NCBI GenBank assembly: GCA_964276515.1
Contig: OZ193909.1
Coordinates: 1,612,001 to 1,676,000, forward strand
Direction of reading: 5' to 3'
Length of the DNA: 64,000 nt
From: Gordius albopunctatus
Lineage: Eukaryota
Shown here piece after piece: positions 26,061 to 36,806 of the stretch (within the stretch, counting starts at the first letter, position 1; each line of letters begins with the position of its first letter). Both the position numbers and the translations under genes were made by a program. A model generated the notes under the pieces. It had not been told where the DNA came from. It searched no databases and was given only the letters and a program-made list of their open reading frames with translations.

Positions 26061-26537
26061 ATGAATAATTACATGTTTATGATTTTTCTCGCTTTAATAT
26101 TGTATTTCATTTGCTCTTTTAAAGTTCTGCGTATGGCATTGATTAAGCTACTGTTATATTCATTGGTTTTTGTGTAGTTTGTACTTTTTAAAATGTTTGG
26201 AGCAAAAGCTCCTACATTTGACATTACCATAATATTTAATTGTTTACTCCAAAATATTGTTTTAGTTATTTTGATTTTGGTAATATTTGTTTTATTATGG
26301 CTTATAAGAAAAAATAATGAGATCATTGGGGCTCTTGAGTTAGGGGAAGGGCCTAGGTGTTTTGGCTGTAATGGGGTAGGACATATCAGAAGGAACTGCC
26401 CAAGGGAAGGGCGAAGCGTATTGCAAAGAAGGCCCCGAGGTGGCAATAATTTTATGAGTGATAGACAGGTGTTTAGAGGAGAAGAACCGGGCACAAGCAC
26501 ATGTAGTTGTAAGTGCTGGAAAGGAGAGAAAAGGTAG
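26061..26537 (+). CDS. gag-position ORF: hydrophobic segments plus one CCHC zinc knuckle (in-frame TAG at 26175; downstream ATG at 26193)
   Basis: NIVLVILILVIFVLLWLIRK followed by CFGCNGVGHIRRNC. An upstream in-frame hydrophobic peptide runs from ATG 26061. Confidence 0.55.
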
Positions 26538-26795
26538 CAACCAGGGAGGGCTGCTACACCTGTAAATAAACATCTAACAAATTTATTTAGCCCAGTCCAT
26601 TCCCCAATAAATGTCCCAAAACCCCCTCCCAAAATCATTAGCACAATATCCCCTCCCCTAATGCAGGTTCCAACCTACCCTTGCCTACTAGATATACCAA
26701 AACCGCTTACTCTAATAAGCAGTCCCACCCCCTCAAGGTCCCTGCCAACCCCAATAACAAACCTTACAGTGGATAGCAAGCCCTCCTTGGTATGA

Positions 26796-29700
26796 TTGCC
26801 TTTAAAAGTAAGGGAAGCAAGGAATGAGTTATTAAGAAATGAAATTACGATAAAGGAAATTGTGGGGAAGATTAAGGAGGATAAAACGGAAAGGGATTTA
26901 AATAGTATTAAGGAAGATAATTACGTAAATGGAATTAAAATGTTTTTTGAAGGGTTGACACAAAGTAGCCGTCCCGTAACTAAATTAAAAGTAGACAATA
27001 AGGTAATTGAATGGTTAGGGGACAGTGGAGCTACCATATCGCTAATAAGTAAAACAAAATTCATGTCGGCATGGCCTAACCGGAAATGGGATAACACAGA
27101 TATCAGGGCTAGGCAGGTAGACGGGGGCGAAATAGAAATACTGGGAAAAATTAAGGCTGAGGTAGAGGTGGGAAGTAAAAAGTTAATATTGCCCTTGTAT
27201 ATTACGTCCGTTGAGATTAGACCAATTTTAGGGTGGGAATGGCTTAAGGTGATAGGGCCGTTGAACAATTGGTTTGGCTTGTGTAAGAAAATCCAATGTA
27301 GTGGACCACAGGAAATGGGTGAAAAGGATTTTGGCGGATCAGGTAGTAATCCCTTAAGGATGCCATGTATGGCTTGGGCTCTAAAGTCTACCTCTTCCGG
27401 GGCCGAAATAGACGGACTATCGGTAGTAAAGACGGAGTCGGGGGATAAACCGACATCTACCGACACTCGTAATCTTATGGGTGGCGATGCAGTCCGTTCC
27501 CTGAGTGGTTGGTCAGAAAGTCTACAGCGGATGTTGGAAGCGTTCACGTCTATCTTTATAGACGAGCTGGGATGTCTAAGGGGATACGAGTATGACATCC
27601 TACTCAAGCCAGGCGCTGTACCAAGGTTTTGGCCAGCGCGAAGAATACCATTTGTTTGGCGGGAGAAAGTGGAAGCCATCTTGCTACAATGGGTAGAGCA
27701 AAGAATAATCGAGCCGGTGGAATATAGCTAATGGGCTACGCCACTAGTACCAGTCAAAAAGCCCGACGGCACCTTGCGCCTTTGCGCGGACTACAGGGTT
27801 TCTCTTAACCCGTGGGTAGTATAAATAAGGTATCCCCTACATAGAATCGAAGAAATTTTCGCAAATCTCAAGGGTGCAAAATATTTTAGTAAGCTGGACT
27901 TTGCTAACGCGTACCTCCAAATCAAGTTAAATAACCGCTCGTCTAAGTTGACCACAATAAACACGTCCTTAGGCTTGTTCGCGTTTAAAAGACTGCCTTT
28001 CGGTCTCAGCCTAAGTGCGCCCGTGTTTCAGAAGACCATGGCGTCAATATTTCAAGGTCTTTCTGGTGTGTTTTACTACTTAGACGACGTTCTGGTAGTG
28101 GGAGCTACAATGAATGAGCACGACAATAACTTGTTGGCAGTGTTGGAACGCATACAGGAACGAGGTTTACGGGTACAGCGTAATAAATGCGCTATAGGAG
28201 TGACAGAACTAAAATATTTGGGGCATCAATTGGGTGATGGAGTCGTTCGTCCCTTACAAAGCAAGGTGGATGCGATCCTTAAGATGCGACCACCTCAAAA
28301 TAAGAAAGAGACGCTATCTTTCTGGGATCGGTGAATTACTACAACAGGTTTATGCCTCAAATTGCGGGGATAGCGGCACCTTTGTACTTGTTGACAACGG
28401 ACAAGGTAAGATTTGTATGGCGGACCGAGGAGCAGGAAGCGTTCGATGCGTTAAAGAAGATGTTAACGGAAGGCCCTGTGCTGACATGCTTTGTTCCCGA
28501 TCTACCATTAGCTGTAGCGGTGGATGCGTTTCAGCTAGGTGTAGGCGGTGTGCTGTTGCATGTAATTGGTCAGGAGGAACACCCAATCTTATACTTTTCA
28601 CGAAAATTTTCCAAAGCAGAACGTAATTACTCGGTGATAGAAAAGGAAGCTTTGGCGGTGGTAGTTAGTTTGACCCGTTGCCGTGAATACTTGATTGGTC
28701 GAAGTTTCGATATTTTTACCGACCATAAACCGCTGGTATCACTTTTTGCAAAGGACAATAGGGATCTGTTGTTAAGTCCGAGGCTGCAAAAATGGTTATT
28801 AGCGCTGGGAAATTTCAATGCAACATTAAAATACCGCAAGGGTAAGTCAAATAATTTGCCAGACACATTATCAAGATTGGGAGACGATAATGATGGCCTA
28901 ACATGCGAAGAGTTAGAAGGCGAAAACTTCGCAGAAATAAACATAATAACACAAAATTGCGGTGACGTCGACCTTGCAAAACTAACCCAAGAGGATCCGA
29001 ACTTAGTTTTGGTGTTAAATTACTTGACGGGAAAGGGTACGCTAGAAACGGTACCATCTACTTATCAAGGCTTGATAAATGAACTGGAGGTCAACAACAA
29101 CGTGTTACTACGCCACGAAAACGTAGTAGTTCCGTCGGTGTTGCGACCGCAAGTGCTCGAATTACTTCATGCAGGTCATACGGGCAGAGTCAAGATGATG
29201 TGTCTAGCGAAAAGACACGTTTGGGGGCCCAAGATATCACGAGATATTAACCTGTTTGTGGGACAATGCGGGCAATGCGAAAAACTGGCCAGGACGCCGA
29301 GACACGACAGAGGGGCGAGATGGCCGTCAACGAAACAGGTTTGGGAAAGAATACACCTGGACTTCTTTGAATTTGAAAGAAAACGGTATATTATACTCGT
29401 AGATGCGCACTCTAGTTGGGTAGAATATAAGCAAGTGAGCAAGTTGTCTACGGATGTAGTGGTAGAGTTCTTAAAAGATCTGGCAGGAGCTTATGGTATA
29501 CCGAAGACGATTGTATCCGACAACGGCACTGCTTTTACCAGCGTCGAGTTCAAGGAATTTTGTAGTTACTTACACCTTCGTATCATCCGAGTACGAATGG
29601 ACTCGCGGAAAGGCACGTGGCTGTGGTGAAACGATGGTTGAAGAACGCTAAGGTCGAAAAGGACGGGACTTGGCTTTATCGACTTTACCACAACGTGGCA

Positions 29701-29988
29701 CCAAGGGTCCCTTCTCGACATCCGGTTAGCGAGATGTTTCTGGGCCGTTTGCCACACACGCCTGTTGATACGATGTTACAATCAGCGCAATCGGACACCA
29801 GATCCCAGGGCGATTCTAAATTTAAAATCGGTGAGGCGGTGTGGGCGCGTAATTATATTGGTAAAGATAAATGGTTAGAGGCTAAGATCCTATCTCCGAA
29901 AGGTACGAAAATGTACGAGATAGAGGTTCTAGCTTCTCCTGGTAGACACGTGCGACACGTGGAGCAGTTACGCTCTAGATCGATATAA
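26796..29988 (+). pseudogene. pol: pol of Gypsy A (PR, RT, RH, IN) with a stop at 27729 and frameshifts near 28320 and 29575
   Basis: ORFs 26796-27731, 27948-28334, 28331-29629 and 29617-29988. Motifs [40 protein letters not shown]. Confidence 0.93.
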
Positions 29989-30011
29989 TAATCTTTTGAT
30001 ATTTTATCTAG

Positions 30012-30780
30012 ATGGAATACCGTACCGAATGGGTGGTCGTAGAAGTGCGTTTGAGAGCGGTAGCCCACGGACGAAGGGGGAGGCCGAGACCTGTCGTGTT
30101 TGAGGTCAGAGAGAGGCGGCCTATGGAACCCTACATTAGCGTGCTGCACGAGGACACTCGCACGGATAGAGAGGCGGCCTATGGAACCCTACATTAGCGT
30201 GCTGCACGAGGACACTCGCACGGATGAAAGGACGTCGGGTCGGCACCGACGGGCAACTCGTCACGAGGCAGCTAGACCTCATTCGGGCAGGCAGAGTGAC
30301 GCGGTAAACAGACACCGTGGCCAGCCCCGGGGTTTAGCTGGACGGGTTGACCTGGGGCGGCAGCAAAGTGTGGCCCCGCCCGCGGTCCGAAATATACCAA
30401 CACGAGGTACATCGGTTCGCCAGGGACGTCCTGAGGCACGGACGGAGGAAAGAAGGAGACCATCGCGGGGTCCGCAGGAAAGACGGCCGGCAGCACCAAG
30501 GCAAGCTAGAGCCTTCTGCAGGGTATGCAGAAGCTGGCACCGTTTGCCAAGGTGTAGACGAGGGATCCCGTCCAGACCGGCAAGGCAAGAAAGGACGGTG
30601 GAGCCGGTAGAAAACTTGACGACGGTGGAGCCGGTACGTGTGGAAGGGGTTACGATGGATATCAGCCAGGTCGTGGTCAACCCGGAGGAAGAATTGATAT
30701 TATTAGGAAATACGCCCGGGCGGGACAGCACGGACCTGGTGGTCCCTCATTTTCAAAGGATGAGGTGTTCGGATCAGTAA
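30012..30780 (+). CDS. ORF3 of Gypsy A: Arg-rich protein with a Cx2Cx3Hx4C motif and an acidic C-terminus, frameshifted by a 58-bp tandem duplication
   Basis: ATG 30012 is directly preceded by TTTTATCTAG. Removing one 58-bp copy (30110-30167 / 30168-30225) joins ORFs 30012 and 30100. Motif FCRVCRSWHRLPRC. Confidence 0.6.
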
Positions 30781-31568
30781 CCTTTTTCATGTGTGTATTA
30801 TTAGGACAACTACCATTTTGTTTATAATGTAACGAATAGACAAAGTATCTGGTTGTATCATGTGGTGCATATCACCTTATCTTTTCTATTTGTATAACCT
30901 GACATACCGCGAGAGGTATAAAAATTTGAATATTGTTGGTGCAAACGTTTTTGGTTGGAATATTGTAAAACTGCGTATATATATATATATTATAATTCGC
31001 GACATACACTGAATAAACCAATAAAGCCCTCAAGGATTAAATATATCCATAGCGCTATTAAATATTAAAGAAATTTTAGGCTTAGAATGAGTTCTAATGG
31101 AATAGTAAATATTACTAAAGCATATTAATATTTTGCAGTTACTCATCCTGCATAATGTGGTAATTATAAATTGGTAGTCAATCCGTTTTAAGTAAGTGGG
31201 TATAGATTTTTGAGCATCCGCCTAACGATTTCAAAAGTACAATAGAGTATTTAATGATACCGTAATAGATTAAATATTTTTTTAAAGTTTTTATGCTTCA
31301 ACTAATAGTATACCTCCCAAGTTTTTGAATTTTAATAAGACATTATGTGAATACATAGTTTTGTCATCTGCATTACTTTTCACATTATACGCTAGGTTGG
31401 CAGGTGCATTTAAATTTATTATATTTCCATAATTGTGAAATATAAATTAAATACACGAATCTATACTGTATTCGATAAATAACTATTTAATGGCAAAGTT
31501 AGTTGGAATTGGAAGGTAATTATTTGGAATATAAATTTGATTATAATGATTTCTGTCATAAATTTAAC

Positions 31569-33850
31569 CCATTAGGACCGGACCATATAAATCTTCCACG
31601 GATTTTAGTAAAATTTGGAATTCCTATATGATTTTGCACCAAAAGAACATATTGAAAAAAAAAATTAAAAAAAAATATTATTACTGCCATTTTTAAAGTG
31701 TCGTTTATTTCATACGATAGGAGACTGTTGTTAATATGGCTATATAATAAACGCATTTTTTATACCATAGCCACCCTATTTTCTGTAAAATCATAGGTGT
31801 AGCTAAAGGGAGACTGACAGGGCGGATGTCCTCTTATTTTTTCAAGCAAAAATTAATCATAAATATGATTATAATGTAAAAAAAATTAATTTAGAAATGT
31901 CTATTTCAATCCTGGTTTTAGGCGTCTAATATTGTCAGATATTAACAATTTATTAAAACATTCATATAAAATAACAGAAAAATATGAAATAATAGTGTGT
32001 AACAAGTTAAGGAGTATGATATAGAATAAAACAATTTATATGAAGACCTATGTTGCATTTTGTGCATATAATTTTCACAGACTTGTGACAAAGACCACAC
32101 CTCCTCTGTGTGCGGTTCTTTGCAGGCCAATGTTCTTGCTTATCGAACCGCACCTCAGTATAAACATTGCAAGTACGCCTTGGATATACCGTCCTCAACC
32201 GCGAAATATATGAGACAGATAGTAAAGGGACTGTTATCTTCCGCAAAAAATTTAATAGGGGAATCCCTTTATGAACTTCTCGATACAAAAGCCATGAATT
32301 AACTATGGCAGCATTGAGGCAAAATCGTACTATGGGCCAATACCATTTATTAGATCGTATGCCCACTCGATAAGAGCCCCGAAATTGGTCAAAAAGGTCG
32401 ACACCCCCCCATTCCCTTATTGTATTTGCTAATAAGGGTGGGTTGTGGAACCGTAATCCGGCTCTTAGCCGACCTGCTATACCTAGTGCACTTCGTGAGT
32501 GTACTTGCAAGGACATCGGTTTGATTTGTTGCCAGCGTTACCTGGCTATTGTCGTTCCATCTGTACAATTGAATTTTAGAATATTTTTCTCGAAGTGCTT
32601 GCCAAGCTCCTCTTGGCGCTTTTTTAAATCTTGGAGAGGGGCTTTTTGAATCCTCTCGACCCGTATTGTGCCTGTCAGTCGGATTAAATCCTTAGCCAAA
32701 TCTTCCAATAAAGGTAAAGAATTGAAGAAGTTATCAATATATATTGGACTATTCGGAGGGACAAACTCTGTAACTAGTTTCTTGACAACAGCAGCACCGA
32801 GGGGTACTCCAGATTCTCGTTCCACGCGCCCTTCATATAGTTTAAAACGGCAGCAATAGCCATTGGGCTTGTTCAAGCACCAAAACTTAAACCCAAACCT
32901 TATGGGCTTACCACGTATAAATTGTTTTAAATGGAATCTACCATAATATGGCTCCATGGCTTCATCTAAAGAATATATGGTGGGGTTAGGCATAATGAAT
33001 TTTTCAAAATTTTTGTTGATATGTTCCATCAAAACATTAACCTTATTCAAGCTTCCAATTTACAGGTTGCTAGTGTTATCGGAAAAATGTAGATATTTAA
33101 AAATCATTTGAAATCTATCTCTTGAAATACAATTAGCGATTGCAATGTTGTTAACATCGGCCTGAGTTTTCCAATACAGGCGTTTTTTAGGTAGTTTACA
33201 ATAGGCAGATACTAGTAAGACTCCAAGAATTTTGTACATTTCCTCACAAGAAACGTTAAATGTTTCATCACCATATTTATATTTGGCATATTTTTCACTT
33301 TCCCTGCATATAAGCTCAATTAAATCAAGATCCCAAAGCAGTTGAAAAACTTGCAATGGTGTAAGAGATGATTTTTGTATTTCATTTACTATATAAGGAG
33401 CATTCTCTCGTACATTTTGTATTTTGCATGTTTTTTTGTTTCTGGTATAAGTTCAATTGAAACCCATTCTAAGGGTCTTTGCTTTTTATATGGATTTTCC
33501 TTTCTAAAATTGGACACATTGGTTGTAGTTGGTAACAACATTTCAGTATGTAAATGTGTGTCTTCATTTTCTATGTTTGTTATAATGACCTCAGCTTTCC
33601 TAGATAATACACCATGTCCTAATTTATGAGGATCATCAATAAAAACTTCAGTTTCATCTTCTGAAATTTCATCATAATCTGTATCATAACCATCAACAGG
33701 TGGAAGAAGGGCTAAATCAACGGCTTGAACATTGCTCATTAAACTACTATTTGATTCTAAAAGTGTAAGCACTTCTTCTGTATTTAGGGGCCTATAGTAT
33801 GATATATACGACACTAATATTTAGGAACATATATAAATATGAAAATACAA
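31569..33850 (-). mobile_element. piggyBac transposon (PGBD2/3-like transposase, frameshifted)
   Basis: TTAA|CCC terminus at 31565-31571. ORFs with SRDRF, SLDEAM, KQFIRGKPIRFGFKFW, IDNFF, GGVDLFDQ and a C-terminal CGLC..CTKC...HINCF. The second terminus was not identified. Confidence 0.88.
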
Positions 33851-36806
33851 TTAATATTATATAAAATATATATCATGTTTAAGAGAATTTCTTATATAAT
33901 AAGAATATGGCAAATTTACTAAGATTAATTGTAACGATTGTGTTATGTAACAAAAATGTATGATGTAACAAGCGTGTTTTGTAACGAAATGTAAATTTGT
34001 TGTTATGAAATTTCCTGTCATCGAATCGCGTATTTTCAAATTCCAATAAACTATCATATCGCTATATCTGGCGACGAGGATGGAATCTACAATAAAGACA
34101 GAAAATTCTATGAAGAACGAAGTGGATATTTCAAAAATTATACTCCTACCTTATTCCACGGATATTCCAATAGAAGAATACTTAGAAAATATGGAATATA
34201 TTCGAATAGCCAAAGGAATATACGCAACGGGAGATGCATTGAAACAGATCTACAAAAAACTATTCCTCGCGTATTTTGGAATTCAGAATGTGATCCAAGT
34301 AAAAAATTACTTATTTCCCCGGAAAATCAAAAACGTGGATTGGGAGAAGATCATCGAAACATGTAAGACCATTTTTAAACCTAGATCTAGTATGATGGCT
34401 TCACGATTAGAGTTCATTCGCCTTATGAGGTCAGAAGGCGAGTCGGTGTTAGGATTTATGAAACGATTGAAGGAAACGGCACAAGCGGCACAGTTTAATA
34501 ATGATGTTGAAGAGCGCCTTCGGGACCAATTCGTAGCAGGAATTTGATTCCCGAAGTTGGAGGTCGAAATTCGGAGTAAATATCCTAGGATGCTTGACGA
34601 AACAGGTAAAAGCTTAACTTTTGATAAAATTTTGGATATGGCTTTAGCATGGGAGACGGCAGAGAACGAGGTTAATTCCTTGAATATAAATCGAATAAGG
34701 GATAACCGTAATGGTGCAGGTGTTAGTAAGGGCCAGACCAATTCCAACCGTACCGCCTCTAAATGTTTTCGTTGTGGTCGGTCACACACTCGTAATCATT
34801 GCGCGGCAGCTACGGCAAAGTGTTATAATTGCAATAAGATGGGGCACTTTTCGCGAGCATGCAAAAATAAGAGGGTCAACCAAGTTTTTGATGATTGTGA
34901 GGAAGAGGTTGGCGAAACTACTTCTATCAATTAAATTAAAAAAATTACCGTAACAGAGCAACGATTGCTGCCACGTTAAATGATGTGCCATTCCGTTTTA
35001 AATATGACACCGGCGCTCAGGTGTCGGTAATAAATGAGGAAATGTGGAAGCACATAGGAAAACCTAAATTAAGGCCAACGCATAATTTTACGGGGTATGG
35101 CCATCAAAAATTAGATGTAATCGGCGAAACAAGCGTTAAAGTGGGGCTAGGCAATAAGAGCAAATTACTACCTGTCTTCGTGACAAAAACATCTGATACA
35201 CCCTTATTTGGCTTGCCTTGGATATTAAATTTTGGACTGTACATTCCGAAATGTGTCAAAATTTCTAAGATGCAACAATCAGTAACTATTTTAAATCAAA
35301 ACTCGAGTACCAAAATTGATAATCTAATAAAGAAATTTTCCCGGAATTTTTGATGACCGACCGGGAGTCATAAATGGTTGTTCAGTTCGTATAAACGTTG
35401 AATCTTCAGCTAGTGGGAAGGTTCTGCCGGCCCGTCGGGTGCCCTTTCCATTACGGGGCCCGATAGAAAAGGAATTAGATAGACTCTTGGCGGCGGATAT
35501 AATCGAAAAGGTCGAACCTTCTAAATGTCGGGTTGAATGGGCAACACCAAAGGTATACGTTAGGAAAAATAATGGGGATATTCGTATTTGTGGGGATTTT
35601 AGGGTCACATTGAACCCTTTTCTTCTTAAATACTACCACATCTTACCCACATTTGATGATATTGTGGCAAAAATATCCGGTTGAAAAAAGTTTATGACGA
35701 TCAACTTAAAGGATGCATACCTACAAATGAGGGTGGATGAGCAATCCCAAAATTTTCTAATCATCAATACACATGTAGGCTATTATCGCTACAAACGGTT
35801 GCCGTTTGGACTCGCCTCAGCACCAATACTATTCCAGAGATATATGGACGACTTGCTGAAGGATTGCAAAAAGACGGGAGTGTACCTAGATGATGTGATA
35901 GTGACGGGTGAGAACGATGAGGAGCATTTCCGCAATTTAACAGTGGTATTATCGAGACTGAATAATGCCGGATTACAAGCAAAGTTGGCGAAAGTTAAAT
36001 TCTTAGAAGAGTCTGTGACTTTTTTGGGATTTCCAATAGACAAATTTGGCATACACCCAATGCCGGAGAAAATTCGAGCAATACGAGAGGCACCGATTCC
36101 GCAAAACGTACAGCAATTAAGGGAATTTTTGGGCCTGATAAATTACTATGAGAAGTTTATTCCCCATCTTCATAGTATATGCGCTCCGCTACATCGATTG
36201 ACAAGTTCAAAGTGTAAGTGGACTTGGACACCAATAGAAGACGCTGTCTATAAAAAAGTTAAGACAATCTTAACTCATAAAGACACTGTTATTCCCTATT
36301 AAATGGATTTACCTGTAATCCTTGGTTGCGACGCTTCAAATGATGGATTCGGAGCCGTTTTAATGCACCAACTTTCCAACGGGTTGGAAAAACCGATTGC
36401 TTACGCGTCAAGGACTCTTTCAAAATCAGAAAAAAACTATGCCTCGATTGACAAAGAAGCGAGGGCATTGTTGTTTGGCTGTGAAAAATTCCACGCCTAT
36501 ATATTTGGAAGGAATTTTACCTAGCGTACAGACCACAAACCTTTGGAGCGGCTATTTGGCGGATATCAGGATATCTCCAAAATTGGCAACAATCGATTAA
36601 TAAGGTGGTCGTGGAAGTTGTCTGCCTATGATTATAGTTTAGAATATCGACCAGGGAAAGAAAATTGCGTTGCAGATGCCTTGTCGCGACTAATCTTATC
36701 AGAAATTAACGAGGGGCTATCGGAAGATGAAAAATATTTTACCTGCCTAAAGTCAATTACGCTAGAAGACTTACAGGTGTCGGAAAAGACAATCGCGAAG
36801 GAAACT

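Larger units (their letters stand above)
25630..31043 (+). mobile_element. Full-length Gypsy LTR retrotransposon A with atypical gag and a third ORF
   Basis: 278-bp LTRs (25630-25907, 30766-31043, about 10 mismatches by eye), 5-bp TSD TATCC, PBS TGGTGTCAGAAG. Order PR (DSGAT), RT (YLDD), RNase H, IN. Confidence 0.95.

Noticed and set aside
26921..27679. 252-aa minus-strand ORF and other antisense ORFs over TE coding regions (e.g. 26069-26644, 30279-30731, 34307-34789)
   Set aside because: They mirror sense-strand reading frames and have no recognisable motifs; most likely shadow ORFs.
30012..30780. ORF3 of Gypsy A as an envelope gene
   Set aside because: No signal peptide, fusion peptide or transmembrane anchor; the composition is basic and disordered.
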